From Squalus acanthias (taxonomy: Eukaryota): 64,000 nt of DNA. Positions 1 to 13,244 of this stretch are shown piece after piece (positions within the stretch are counted from its first letter, which is position 1; each line of letters starts with the position of its first letter). The DNA lies in NCBI GenBank assembly GCA_030390025.1, contig CM059431.1, positions 125,242,001 to 125,306,000 on the forward strand, in the 5' to 3' direction. Made by a program: the position numbers and the translations under genes. A model generated the notes under the pieces. The model ran no database searches. It saw nothing but the letters and a program-made list of their open reading frames with translations, and was not told where the DNA came from.

Positions 1-372
1 GTTTCATGTCACGCTACAGGACGTAACTAGAGTCGAGACTAGAGTCCAGACTAGAGTCGTCGTTGTCTTGTTCACAGATGTGATTTCCAGTTTTTAAAAA
101 AAAGTAAAAAGCTTAACTGCAGACTGCAGCATTTGACACGTTGGACCCCCTGTAACCCCACCTCATTGTCTTAGCTGTATTCTGCTGTGTCTTTGATGTA
201 ATGCCTCCCTGACGGATTGTATCTCTGCAGACACATTGTTCTCTGTCTATATATGCTTTGAAACTGATTCGTATTCCCTCACTGTACCTGACAAAGGAGC
301 AGCGCTCCGAAAGCTCGTAATTTCAAATAAAACTGTTGGACTATAACCTGGTGTTGTGCGACTTCTCATTTT
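1..372 (+). mobile_element. 3' end / pseudo-LTR of a Penelope-like element (PLE)
   Basis: Window opens with (G)FMSRYRT*, resembling the GFMSHY-type C-terminus of GIY-YIG PLE ORFs. 288-365 (ctgacaaaggagcagcgctccgaaagct...aataaaactgttggactataacctggtgttgtgc) is near-identical to the element at 49069-49280. Confidence 0.7.
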
Positions 373-1028
373 TGTTAACAGGTAGTTAACAAGCATAAAA
401 AGGGATTAGTGCCATTTTACCTTCACAGGTGCAGGCTTCCCGACCTCGGAGAACCCCGTCGGGTTGGAGGAGACGTGAAGGAGGTCTGCGGAGGTCAGAG
501 GCACCTGGAAGTAAGGTGTAGAGGTGAGTGATGGGTGCAAGTGTGGAGTGGTAAGTATGCAAGGTGAGTGATAAGTTTAAAAAAGTGTTCACTTACCTTT
601 TTTTACTTCTGTAGCCCTTAGCCGTGCTGGATCGGGAGAGCGGACATCCTCCTTGTCAATTTCAGGTAATGGCTGATGGACCCTCCGATCCATCAGACAT
701 CTGAAATTTACTTTTTCACAATGTTTTTTCAGTCCTCACCACAAAAACGAATCAAACTTAAGAGAATGTCAGTGTTTGACAGCTTCACAGAGCTGTCAAA
801 CGCTGTCATTTCTTCTTTCAAGAAGTCTTGACAGATAGCACGTCTGACATTGACGTGATCTGTCAGTGACTTCTTCCATAATTGGCTTGCTGAGCCCGCC
901 GGGCGGGCTTTACAAGCTCAATCAGGGGAAAATCCCTCTGAATGGTCAGGCGAGGATGAAGGCGGGACATTGAAACGACAAGCAGCAGTCCCACCTCCAA
1001 GTCGCCTCCATTGACAAAATCCAGCTCT
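373..1028. mobile_element. Non-autonomous Harbinger-type element (left end lost), same family as 32407-33264
   Basis: Colinear similarity with 32610-33264 (ttaacaggtagttaac, acttacct, gagaatgtcagtgtttgacagcttcacagagctg); ends in TIR-like aaaatccagctc. Confidence 0.65.
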
Positions 1029-1224
1029 ATGACTTCACTATTCACCTATGCTGCCCCCTCACTCCCTATTAATATTATGCAATGACAATGACTAACAACA
1101 CACAGGGAGGGCCCTTGGAAATGGAACTTCACTCCATCTTTGTCTCCTTCTAAGCATCTATGCTCTGGACTCTCTACACTCACTCCATCATTCTCACTCA
1201 AACTCCACTTGTCTCTCATTGCAG

Positions 1225-2594
1225 GAAAAGAGAGCCCACAATTAAAGGGAAAATGCGAAGATTGGAGGAGGGCCACTTTCCCTCGTCCATTTGACCCATG
1301 CTGAAGAGGCGGCCCTGGAAATCGTTGGCACTGAGGTGGAGGTGGAACTGTGGGATGGACAGACGGGCGCAGCAGAGCAAGCTGGTGACAGAATAGTTTT
1401 GCATCTCTCTCTTTTACATTGCATGAGTCAAAAAAATGGCTGGTGATATACATTTATAGAATGGCAATTGATCATCTGCGCTATTGCACTACCGTAACAT
1501 CTCTAACTCATTCTTTTACTCCCCTACATCACCATCGAGAGACACCTTCCCCATTGTTCAGGAGGCAGAGCCTGAGGCGGAAGACTCCTCAGAAGAACCT
1601 GCAACCTCTGAGGGCTCAGCGTCAGCAGATGTAAGCGTACCCAGCACCAGCGCATATATGGGACATAGAGTAGTGTTGTCACCTGGTGTGTCACAGCTCA
1701 CAAGTGAGCATCAGCAGGTAGTGGAGACAGGGACATCAGTGGAGAATCCTCGTCGGAGGTTGCAGGGCTCTCCTAGCACTGCTCAGCTGCATGTGGACCC
1801 TGTGCCTCCGGGTCCATCCAGAAGGAGAGCAGTGCTGGAACTCCAGGAACAGGTGCAGGAGTCTCTAGCAGGTTTTGTCTCCAGGGTCACTGCGTGTGTG
1901 GAGAGGATGGAGGAGTCCAACTCGAATATGAGCAGAGCCTTTGTGGAGTCATTGACGCATGAGCGCATCTCCTCGGAAAGTTTGGCTACCTCCGTGGAAG
2001 TGATGTCTACCTTCGTGGTTTCGATGGCTGCCTCTCTGCAGATGATGGCCATGGCCATGGAAAAGATAAGTCACCAGAGTGTTGAAAACATGGTCAATGT
2101 TCAGAATAGACTGACATCTCTGGAGGACGATGGGCAGCTATTGATCAGAGAGACCAGAGCTTCATGGAAGCCCTCAGCAGTAGGACTGCCAGTACAGAGA
2201 TGGGTCCTTATGGCCACCCTGATGTGCAGCAAGGTGCTCTTAAGCCACTTGCTAGCGCTGAGGTGAGGTTGACCCATGAGAGGGATGTTGGTGGCAGAGA
2301 ACAAGGACGTGGGGCTCCTCTCCAAGCGCTCACACTTCCATGCCACTGCGTTGCCCTCGGTCAGAGCCCCACCAGAATCCTCACCCAACTGAGATGGGCG
2401 TCTCAGCCCCTGCACAGCCGCAGGAGGAGCAGACTTTTGGCAAGCTCTCACAGGCTCGCAAACCCAGAGGACGCCCGCCAAAGGTGTCGAAGCAGGAGCA
2501 GCATGAAGGTGAGCAAGCGGCCTCCACTTCTGCTGAAGCCATAGGGGAAGCACCACGTAGGAGCATGCGTAAGAGGAAGATAAAGCACAAGTAG
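1225..2594 (+). pseudogene. Harbinger Myb/SANT partner gene, exons 2-3 (stop and frameshifts)
   Basis: After acceptor ctcattgcag: EKRAHN*RENAKIGGGP..HLTHAEEAALEIVG, matching exon 2 of the 22434 gene. Then acidic/coiled-coil ORF 1484-2266 and basic tail EAPRRSMRKRKIKHK (2340-2594). Confidence 0.7.
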
Positions 2595-2850
2595 TCACAC
2601 GGGTAGTCACTTGGCTGTTTTTTTGCATTTAATGATTAAATGCCATCCCTTTGTCGATGTATTAAACTCTGGTGATGGCAAACTGTTGACGTTATGGCCT
2701 CTGTGATTTCGGTATTGGAAGTTCCAAATTGCGGCCTCAGCGAGACTTGCTTGGTCAGGTTGGTGGTCAGAGTGAGAAGAAGCCAGCGAGTCATGTCCAT
2801 TGTCTATCTTGTGCTAAGAAGGCGCCAAGCACATGTGCTAGAATGGGCAA

Positions 2851-4138
2851 CCTAAGCAAATCTGGCCAAGATGAGTGCATCCCTTGCATTCCGGGCAGCA
2901 ATGTGCTCGCGTGCTGCTGCTGCTGGTTGATGCGCCTCCGCTCGGTCATCATTCTCCTCCTCCTCTTCATCTGAGGAGGCTATGTACTGAGTCATTTACT
3001 CCTCAGGAAGCTGCACGCCATGATGCTGTGCGTTGTTGTGCAGCGCACAGCAGACCACGACCATCCTGGAGACCCTGGTTGCTGAGTACTGCAGGGCTCC
3101 ACCTGATCTGTCAAGGCATCTGAATCGCATCTTCAGCAAGCTGATGGTTTGTTCGATGATGGACCTGGTCAAAATGTGGCTGGCATTGTAGCGCTCCTCA
3201 GCTTTGTTCGATGGCCTCCTGATTGGCATCATTAGCCATGTCTTCAGGGGGTAGCCCTTGTCTCCAAGTAGCCATCCGTTAAGTTGGTTTGGCGGATTGA
3301 AGAGCAGAGGCACACTAGACTGCCGCAGGATGAACGAATCATGGCAACAGTACTTGGCACAAACATGCAAAATCTCCTTCTTGTGGTTACACACCAGCTG
3401 TATGTTGAGGGAGTGGAAGCCTTTGCGGTTGACAAAAATAGCTGGGTTGTGATGGGGTGCCCTAATGGCCACATGTGTGCAGTCTATGATGCCCTGCACC
3501 ATTGGCAAGCCTGCCATATTTGCGAATCCAACTGCACGCGCAGTTATACTTGCTTGATCCATTGAAAAGTTGATGTAATTGTGCGCCTTTGTGAAGAGGG
3601 CATTGGTAAACTGCGTGATGCAACTGTGGGCGGCCGACTGGGAGATGCCGCTGATGTCTGCTGATGATCCCCGGAAGGACCCTGAAGCAAAAAAGTTGAG
3701 TGCGGTGGTGACTTTGACAGCCACTGATAAGGGGTGTCCACTGGATCCTCTGGGCTCCAGGTGTTGGTACAGCATTGTGCAGTTGTCTCCGACAGCCTCT
3801 CGCGAAAGTCTCAGCCTCCTTTGGCATTGCTGCTCAGTCATGTTGAGGAAGCTCATCCTCTGTCTGTAAACCCTGAGATGAGGGTATCTCCTGCGGTAAC
3901 GTGCTGCCATGCACTGGTGCCTTCTGCCCTGTGCAGCATCAGGTGGGTGAGCAGGAGGTTGGCGCTCCTGATGCTGTTGCTGCTGTTCTGCCTGGTTCTG
4001 CTGCTGCCGTGGCTGCTCCTTGTCCGAATCTGAGGACCATGATGAAAGGAAATAAATGTTTCCCATGCTGCTGGTAGATATCTCCCTTGGAGAAGCACTC
4101 AGTCCAAGTGAGGAGAGGGTTTTCCCAGGAGGTCCCAA
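2851..4138 (-). pseudogene. Harbinger (HARBI1-like, DDE_Tnp_4) transposase
   Basis: ORF 2996-4138 with [34 protein letters not shown] and [22 protein letters not shown] is missing before HD. The frame continues past the TAA through an acidic tail to ..LILARFA* (~2851). Confidence 0.9.
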
Positions 4139-4592
4139 AGTAGATACATGTCAGCTGCACCACCTCCGACTTCAGTAGGCCTGGAAAAATGCTCAAAGAC
4201 CTGTGCAACAAAAGTTCTGCCACCTCTAACTCATCCCTGTTGAAAGCTCTGTTTTTATGGTGGAGCTGCAGCTGTGAGGAGGCCAGCCACTTGTCAACCC
4301 GCCAGGATTAGCTGTCGTGGTTTAGGAGCGGCGTGCAACATGCTGTAAATGTGGTAAAATAACAAAGGCCTGGTAAAATAGGATTACAGAGGCCCTTAAG
4401 TGCTTGTTAAGGGTCTTAACTGCCTATCCCACCTTTTGGAGGCGGGACCGAATTGCACTCCTGAAGCCCGCCTCTGGCAAAGTTGGGCAGAGGCGGGTTG
4501 GAGGTGGGGTCTGAACCCGCACTCACTTTTTGCTATTTTACGAACTGTCCCGCCTCCAAACCCGCCTCCTCAGGGCTGGGAAAATCGCTCCC

Positions 4593-4855
4593 TCAGTGTT
4601 TGACAGCATTGAGGTGCTGCAAACACTGACAATCACTGCACAAAGGTGACCTCTTGCACCCAGGCACTCCAATGACTCCCTCCATAGGCTGGAATAGATG
4701 GCAGCTGCAGGTGAGGTGATAGAAGCGATCTGTCACTGGTGAGAGAGGTTCTCCCAATGAGGTGGCACTGGACATGGATTTCAAAACTTGTCACCTAAAG
4801 AAATGTGTGAATGTATTAAAAATGCATTTCCCAACATTTTCTTACCTCTGAGACC
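4593..4855. mobile_element. Fragment of the non-autonomous family seen at 56016-57466
   Basis: Reverse complement matches ~56400-56612 and ~57180-57222; ORF-track peptides MSSATSLGEPLSPVTDRF are shared. Confidence 0.7.
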
Positions 4856-5405
4856 CTGAAAATGACCCATTTATCCCAACTCTCTTTTTTTCTGTTAGTT
4901 AGCCAATCCTCTATCCATGCTAATATATTACCCCCAACATTTTGAGCTCTTATCTTGTGCAGTAACCTTTTATGTGGCACCTTATCGAATGCCTTCTGGA
5001 AATCCAAATACACCACATCCACTGGTTCCCCTTTATCCACCCTGCTCATTACATCCTCCAAGAACTCTAGTAAATTTGTCAAACACAATTTCCCTTTCAA
5101 AAAACCGTGTTGACTCTGCTTGATTGTATTATGATTTTCTAAATGAACTGCTACTACTCCCTTAATAATGGATTCCAGCATTTTCCCAATGACAGATGTT
5201 AGGCTAACTGGCCTATAGTTTCCTGCTTTCTGTCTCCCTCCTTTCTTGAACAGGGGTTTTCCAATCCGCTGAGACCTTTCCAAAATCCAGGAAATGTTGG
5301 TAGTTTACAACCAAATCATCCACTATCTCTGCAGCCACTTCTTTTATGACCCTAGGATGTAGGCCATCAGGTCCAGGAGACTTGTCAGCCTTTAGTCCCA
5401 TTACT
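4856..5405 (-). mobile_element. CR1 LINE RT fragment
   Basis: KSPGPDGLHPRV, NYRPVSLTSV, QHGF, YLDFQKAFDKVPH. Confidence 0.9.
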
Positions 5406-6230
5406 GGTGCTTTGGACAAGTAATGTATTTAATTTTTATCCTTTTTCCAGTTAAAGCTGCAAATGCACAGCATAATAGCATTCAAAATGCACCACTTGGA
5501 GTTAAATATCGGGGCCCTGAACATACTTGCCCCTTTTGGCAAATTTAATCCTTAAAAACAGCATATTAGCAATTTTGTGCGTGAATTCTGGAGTGGGATC
5601 CATTTCCTCCTGGTTTCCGCCTCTTAATGACAGTGTTGTATTTTCCAATATAATCTGGGGCCCTCCAGCTGTACATTCACCAATGCTGCTGGGAGCTCAT
5701 TATAACATATTAAAATAAGGATAACTAGTGTTGGAGTGCCCAGAACGCACAACTTGCACTCCCAAAGCTCTAAGGATAACTAGCAATGAAGCAAAAGAGC
5801 GTATCTGTTGTGAGCATCAACTGCCGGAATTGTTTGACTTTTAAAACTTGCAGTCTGAAAAAACTTTGAGGTGTGTTTGCTGCCATTTCAGAAGAGCTTC
5901 TAAAGCATTATTTTCTTTGCACCAGGATAGAGCTGGACTTGGGAGGAGACACAGTGCAGGATGGAGAAAAGGAGAGTGAGGCAGCATATGAGGTTGATGC
6001 ACCCTAGAAGATGTAGGAGGTCATTTTCACCTTCAAACTGTTGGAATGGATTGTCCATCCTTTAAATAAATCAATGTAAACGAAAATTGGGCAGGTTTTT
6101 GAATGGGTGGCCAATGCGCTTCACCAGCTCACCTCCAACACTGCCCAACCCCCCTCCCCCCACCACACTCCCCCAACGCCCAAGTAAGGAGCCCCATATG
6201 GAAAGAGTGTGCTTCACCAAAGAGACAATA

Positions 6231-7870
6231 TGTAAGGGATTCTGACCCTGCGTGTCTCGCAGCCTGTGAGATTCACGCGGCTCTGTGCAGCCTGTATGTC
6301 AGTGCGGGTTTAGGCCTTGTTGCCTGTTCTGGTCTCCAGCCAGTCTGGGAACACTAGACACACCTGTGAGTGGTTCGAATCACTCGCCCTTACGGTTCTA
6401 GACACTGGACTTAGATGCGAGAGCAGTAATGGAGATGAAACTCATGTAGACTCGGTTGAATGGTACGAAATGAAAAATCTTTATTGCATGATATTTAAGA
6501 TTACGAAATACATGTCATAAGCACAGATTAATGACAGTACAATCTTACAAGCAGTTATATAGCTGATCCTAGGGAAACGAGGAACGAACGACACACTGTA
6601 AATAGGGGCACACATTACAAGTATCCTTAATACTTAAACCCTCCCCTATCAATATCTGTCCTAACTAGATTCGTAGGATTTCGAGACTCATGCTCACCAC
6701 TCGTGATAACTCGGAGAAATTCCGAATAGCTGATCGGATGTTTTTCACCGCAGCACCCACGTGTCGGTCAGGAGATCTCCTGGTCCCACTTGTTTACTTG
6801 CTTCTGCTCCAGCTAGCAGGCTGGACCGTCTGCTGTGATGAAGATCTGTGTTGGTTGGTTTAACAGGTACTTTCCGAATCCAGACCAGTCAATATCATCG
6901 GTGATAATCCGTTCTTGCAAGTTCAAAGAAGTCTTCCTGGCAAGTAAAGCTTGGCTATTCGACCTACGGGCGCGGTCGGGATTTACTGACCGTGGCGATG
7001 AGTATGGTCTTCCTCTCTTCTCATCTCATCTCATCTCATCTCATCTCATCTCGGGCCTTTGGTTCCGATGCCAGTTACCAACATAGGTCTTCGTTACGCG
7101 ACACGAGGTAGATCCGAACGGATCAGAAAGTTCAACAGTCTTTTTCAAAGAGGCACCAGGCAAGCAGGAACAAGACTACGAGTCAAAACACAGGAGCAGC
7201 CACGAGGTTACGAGTCGATCGGATAAGAGAATAAGAGAAAGATGGACGGTTGGAGCTTGTAATTATAGTACAAAATCTTCCGTTTCCCGCCCAACCTTAA
7301 TGTCCTTTCTTTTGTTTGGGTTTGGCGCTCAAATGTCTTGTATGGGTGATCTCCGTTCTTAATGGGTTTCGGGGCTACTCGTAACTGTCTGAGTACCTGT
7401 TAATATTTCTCCCATTGTTAAATCGGTCGGTGTTCTCCCTGGAGGGGTTTTGGGGCTTCCAAGTGTTTTGTATAACTACCCGCTAACGGCTCTCTCATCG
7501 TAGAGTCGTTGGGATTTTACATATTAATGTCTTTTGGATGGGCCCTTGATTACTCAGTACAATAGCTTTCATTCGTACCTGGGAGACCGATTTCAGTATT
7601 TATGTGTATACTGCAAACCCATAATGTCTCGTGTATTATCCTCACTGTGCTGAATCTTAATCGATCTTGCACAAATGTTTATTGGAACGCCATCTTGTCT
7701 GCCTGTCGAAAAGTCTAGAATGTTCTGTCACGAGGTGCGGCGGCCATTTTACAGGCTGCTTGTGTCCACTTTGAGAAACCTGACAGCATTCTGCTGAAAT
7801 AAAAGCTGTTTGAACGAGACTCTGTGTTTTCTCCTTATTAATAAAATCGCGATATATTGCGAATTCTACA
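6231..7870 (-). mobile_element. Solo LTR, family A (1640 bp)
   Basis: TGTA...TACA ends; exact TSD AATA (6227-6230 / 7871-7874); reverse-complement homolog of 17920-19561 and 51346-52963. Confidence 0.9.
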
Positions 7871-8089
7871 AATAGTGGAGTTGTGCCAACTACTACATGA
7901 TAACCCCTGGCCAATTTCATCAGCCAGAACAGCTCTGCCTGCGATTCTGAAACTGACGACAGCATTAAAATGTTTCTGCCACAGGTTCATTGTTGAGTTT
8001 CTGGGTCTATGCCAATTAACCCTTTCACTCTTAAGTTCTGAAAGATTCGACTTGACCCTTATTGGTGACTGTGATTATACTTTATTCAG

Positions 8090-10621
8090 TGTAAGCGAGA
8101 CTTGATACATTACAGTATCTGAGCAGTAGTTAACAAGGCGCAATCACGTGTTATATTACCCATTATGCCCTGGGTAGAAAGGTTGCAATCTCCACGAGCA
8201 AACCCCCGCTGGCTCATTAGCCCTTTAGACTAGGTAGATGTGGTGTGAAGCAGAAACTGGGGCTATTAATGGGACAGGTCCTGTTAGACCCATAAAGCAT
8301 GGTAGTAGTGACACAGTAGGTTCCTTTTCCCTGATCATTTTACACACACCCCGGTTCCTTCCTCAATCAAGTATGTTGTCACCACAGTCCGGGTAACATT
8401 GAACATCCTAAGGAAGAATCCCTCCTGGGTGTTCAGGATAGAGATTGAGTAGGAGCTTGTCTCCTCCTTCCTATCCACTCCGTCTCCCACCACCTTTGGT
8501 TCCCAGTCCCACTGTGTCACCTTACTTGCATTAGTCAGTGTACCTGCCAGTCCCCATGCTCCACACAGGAGGCACCACCAAAACCACCTTGTACTGGCTT
8601 ATGCCACACTCTGTTACCTACAAAACACAATTATTAGTTATAATTCAGTCTTACAATCATTAGCATGTCAACTAAATACATACATTTCAAGTGACAGTGA
8701 TGCAGACAAAGAAAACAGACATTGTAAAGAAAGCTACAGCTTAACATCTGATCAACAAATCATGGACTTAAAAGATTCTCCAGATCTCTTTTACTCGTAA
8801 TGATCTTGTGGATGATTCTTGCTAAATTTGTTTCTCCCTAGCCCTCAATTGTCCCAATCCAAATACTATGTCGCATTTTACTTACATTTTAATCCCTCTG
8901 ATAGGTACTAGTGTGTTTAATTCTACCTATTCTATTTCAAAATCGGTTTCTCTTTGGAGTATGTGTCAATGCCATGAAGATTTAAAAAGTTGTCTCACTC
9001 TCCTGAGCCACATTAACCATTTCATGTTGTGCTGTTGTCAAGTAACTGAGCATGTCTGGGACCTGTTCGTCAGTGCAGATTCAACATGCATTTCCACATG
9101 CTAATTGCTTCATACGTAACAAATCACATCTACATATACACACTGGTATCACAATATCATGTCACATGTGACATCTGATCCAAGCCATTCTTGGGCTTTC
9201 AGGTGATCTTATCAACAGATCGTAGTCGTCTGGAGATCGTTGCTCATATCCCTCTGCATGGTCCCGATGTCTCTGGTAGTGGCCAAACTATCAAATTCAG
9301 TTTTCTTACAAATTCATAGGCAAGGACACAAACCTCTCCGAGAGAAAGCTATCAATTTACTGTTCTTAACTACATTTTCCTGACTTTCACTAAAATGTAC
9401 ATTAATACCAGATTGACACCTTTTGGTGAATTGCACCCAGGTGATTTATTATATTTCAACTAAGAAAATGATTCCCATTTAGTGGTGTAATGAAACACTT
9501 CCTGTTTCTATCTTACAATGTAAGTGGGGCATCCCATTAATTGCTATTCATATCTCATTCATGAGCCCTGGAGGAACTTTACTGTCCAGTACAATATTAA
9601 AGAGAGAAAACATAGATCAAACGTTCCCACTTGGTCCAAGTTATTAACACATTTTATTTTTCATAACTCACTATATTCTGCCTGAGTCCACTTTATCAGT
9701 TCAAAATTATCCCAAATCCAAACAGCAGTATTGATGGACTGACAGGTTTTGCCAATGTTCAATTTCTTATTTCCCCAAAGACTTTTTCTTTAAAACACAG
9801 CAATTGGCAGGACCACCTAGACTACTTTCCACCAATTTCTTTAAATGAAAATGTAATTATCCCTTTAAACGTCAGTTAGATTTTCCCTTCTCGATTGCTT
9901 GAAACAGCAACTCATATCAATTTTATTTTTATCAATTTATCTTATCAATTCCAATTTCAGAAACAGGCTTGGTGGTTTGATATGGTGCTTTAACATTAGA
10001 GACAGAAGTGCTCGCAATTAGTTTACAAGGTAACTTCCATATCTCATTAGAGACAGTGGGAGACGGTGATCGGGAAAAGGAACCTACCGTGTCACTACTA
10101 CCGCAACTACCATGCTTTACGGGTCTAACAGGACCTGTCCCATTAATAGCCCCAGTTTCTGCTTCACACCACCTCTACCCACAACCATCAACCAACACGT
10201 TTTACTCAATATCAAAACATATGCTTAAGTGAAACTGACAGTAAAATGAGGCACTTAAGTATGAGCTGCACAATTAAGTGGCACAATTCGGGTACGACAT
10301 TCCCCTGTTGTCTGAGGACTTCAGTGAGCTTGTGATGCGACTGAACTCCTCCCTAAAGCATTTTTATGTGTTGGAACAAGACAACTCGAGAATGGATATT
10401 GAACTTGACAGCATGGGGACGATTCGCACTGGTCGGATATCGGGCTTAATATATCAGTACGCCCTTGGGTTCGTATTATTTTACACGCTCTCGTAGTACT
10501 CTAGCTTGTAATGGTAGTGTATTTGATGTATGTAACCCACTTAGTAAAAACTACGTTAAGGAGGCTTACGCGCCATACTGGACTTTTGGAGGAGTCTCGA
10601 CTGTGGAAGGGGTTTAAATAA
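8090..10621. pseudogene. Scrambled, decayed envelope-glycoprotein-like relic of an LTR element/ERV
   Basis: +10070-10621 across frameshifts: GKGTYRVTTTATTMLYGSNRTCPINSPSFCFTP...HWSDIGLNISVRPWVRIILHALVVL*LVMVVYLMYV..K* (TM-like segment, basic tail). Minus-strand pieces carry a signal-peptide-like stretch and N-X-S/T sequons. Confidence 0.5.
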
Positions 10622-11244
10622 AATAAAAAGAGAACCCTTCTCCACTGGCACATAAGCCAATTGTGTACTTATGTACTTTAAACTCTACGTATGCTTGGTG
10701 CCGTGCATGTGGTCCCTCCAGTAGTCCATCCCTCCTGGCCTGTCTGTGGATAGTCCCAAGCTTTTCAGCTGAATACCTCTACAACCCTTGTGTCTAAGAG
10801 ACCCCCTTCTTATACCCCTTCTTCACAACAAAGTTTATGGGGACCAGATAACCCAATCACGGACTTGCACCTGAATTTCACTACCCAATTACAGGGATGC
10901 CACATACTCACTGATCCCGCCTGCCCCTGTCAAGCCATCACCCTCATGACCCCCTCCTTCACCCTAACAGTGTCTAATTCAAACGAGACATGATGTCCGT
11001 GTCAATCATTTATCTCACCTGGGAAGTGAACAGTTATGATTTAGTTATGGCTTCGCTATGACTTAGCCTTTGTCCCTTATCAGGGTCTCTGGAATCTTGC
11101 CAAGCTGGTCTTGTTGTTTTACAGGCAACTATTATTTTATGAGAAAATGCTGAAATGGCCTTTTTAAATTTTGGTCAAGAAGGACCCATGAGCCTTTAGA
11201 TTTCCTCCATCTTACCTCCCAAACCAGGGCTGCCTAGGGCATGT

Positions 11245-12965
11245 CACAACAACAACAACAGCTTGTATTTATATAGTACCTTTAACGTAGTGAAACATCC
11301 CAAGACGATTCACAGGAGTATTATAAGACAAAAAATTTGACACCGAGCCACATAAGAAGAAATTAGGGCAGGTGACAAAAAGCTTGGTCAAAGAGGTAGG
11401 TTTTAAGGAGTGTCTTAAAGGAGGAAAGAGAGGTAGAGAGGCGGAGAGTTTCAGGCAGGGAATTCCAGAGCTTCGGGCCTGGGCAACAGAAGGCACGGCC
11501 ACAATGGTTGAGCGATTATAATCAGGGATGCTCAAGATGCCAGAATTAGAGGAGCACAGATATCTCGGGGGGTTGTGGGGCTGGAGGAGATTACAGAGAT
11601 AGGGAGGGGCGAGACCATGGAGGGATTTGAAAACAAGGATGAGAATTTTGAAATCGAGGCATTGCTTAACCAGGGGCCAATGTAGGTCAGTGAGCACAGG
11701 GGTGATGGACGAACGGGACTTGGTGCGAGTTAGGACATGGGCAGCCGAGTTTTGGATGACCTCAGGTTTACGCAGGGTAGAATATGGGAGGCCAGCCAGG
11801 AGCGCATTGGAATAGTCAAGTCTAGAGGTAACAAAGGCATGGATGAGGGTTTCAGAAGCGGATGAGCTGAGGCAAGGGCGGAGACGGGCGATGTTATGGA
11901 GGTAGAAATAGGTGGTCTTAGATATGCCGCGGATATGTGGTCGAAAGCTCATTTCAGGGTTAAATATGACACCAAGGTTGCGAACAGTGTGGTTCAGCCT
12001 CAGACAGATATTAGGGAGAGGGATGGAGTCAGTGGCTAGGGAACGGAGTTTGTGCGGGGACCAAAAACAATGGCTTCAGTCTTCCCAATATTTAATTGGA
12101 GAAAATTTCTGCTCAGCCAGAACTGGATATTGAACAAGCAGTCTGACAATTTAGAGACAGTGGAGGAGACGAGAGAAGTGGTGGTGAGGTAGAGTTTGGT
12201 GTCGTCAGCGTACATGTGGAAACTGATGCTGTGTTTTCGGATGATGTCACTAAGGGGCAGCATGTAGATGAGAAATAGGAGGGGCCGAGGATAGATCCTT
12301 TGCAGACACCAGAGGTAAAGATGCAGGAGTGGGAAGAGAAGCCATTACAGGTGATTCTCTAGCTATGTGTAGATAGATAAGAATGGAAACAAGTGAGTGC
12401 AGTCCCACCCAGCTAGACGACGGTGGAGAGGCGTTGGAGAAGGATGGAGTTGTCAATCATGTTAGAGGCTGCAGACAAGTCAAGAAGGATGAGGAGGGAT
12501 AGTTTACCTTTGTCACAGTCACAAAGTATGTCATTTGTGACTTTGATGAGAGCCGTTTCGGTACAGTGGCAGGGGCAGAAACCTGATTGGAAGGATTCAA
12601 ACATGGAATTGCAGGAAAGATGTGCACGGATTTGTGAGGCGACAACACGTTCAAGGACGTTGGAGTGGAAAGGGAGGTTGGAGATGGGGCGGTAGTTTGC
12701 AAGGATGGAGGGGTCAAGGGTTGATTTTTTGAGGAGAGGGGTGTGATGGCAGATTTGAGGGAGAGGGGGACAGTACCTGAGGAGAGAGAACCATTAACAA
12801 TGTCAGCTAACATGGGAGCCAGAAGAGGAAGTTGGGTGGTCAGCAGTTTGGTGGGAATAGAGTTGAGGGAGTAGGAAGTGGGTCTCATGGACAAGATGAG
12901 TGCAGAGAGGTCATGTGGGGAGATCAGAGAGAAACTGGAGAAAAATGTGAGTTCAGGGCTAGGGC
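11245..12965 (-). mobile_element. L2 LINE, 5'-truncated
   Basis: QSGF..TETALIKVTND, LDLSAA, HMYADDTKLY, LIHAFVTSRLDYSN; (CAA)n tail at ~11246-11260. Confidence 0.92.
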
Positions 12966-13244
12966 AGGTTTACAAGTATGATTATAAGTGCAACAATTAC
13001 ATAATGAAATCTTTAATCTATAATTAATAATAGTATGAATTGATTATACTTCAGGTTAGTTAGTAAGTGAATGAAAATTGGAGACTTTCCCAGTATTCTC
13101 ACAGTTCATGGGGATCTGCACATTTTGCTCAATGTGCCACCTGGCATGGTTTCATCAGGTAACTGACACACTTTTCAGGATAGCTGAGGACTTTTGGTTT
13201 GGTACGACAGCAAGACAGCAACATGATGTTTCCATTCAGTTTTA

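Larger units (their letters stand above)
1029..4592. mobile_element. PIF/Harbinger transposon, decayed two-gene copy (left end not visible)
   Basis: Myb/SANT partner exons on + and DDE transposase on -, convergent; right end aaaatcgctccc with CCCGCC-rich subterminal region. Confidence 0.85.

Noticed and set aside
26..58. actagagtc x3 as a CRISPR-like or functional array
   Set aside because: Short tandem slippage without spacers in a PLE 3' UTR.
1484..2266. Standalone coiled-coil protein gene
   Set aside because: Explained as the last exon of the Harbinger Myb partner.
7012..7051. (TCTCA)n microsatellite as an independent feature
   Set aside because: Local expansion of a purine tract present in all family-A LTRs.
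11085..11103. Primer-binding site (TGGCAAGATTCC, - strand) for the env-like element
   Set aside because: No adjacent LTR and no tRNA match I can confirm.
13105..13158. Candidate + exon between acag and gtaact
   Set aside because: No recognisable translation or supporting exons.
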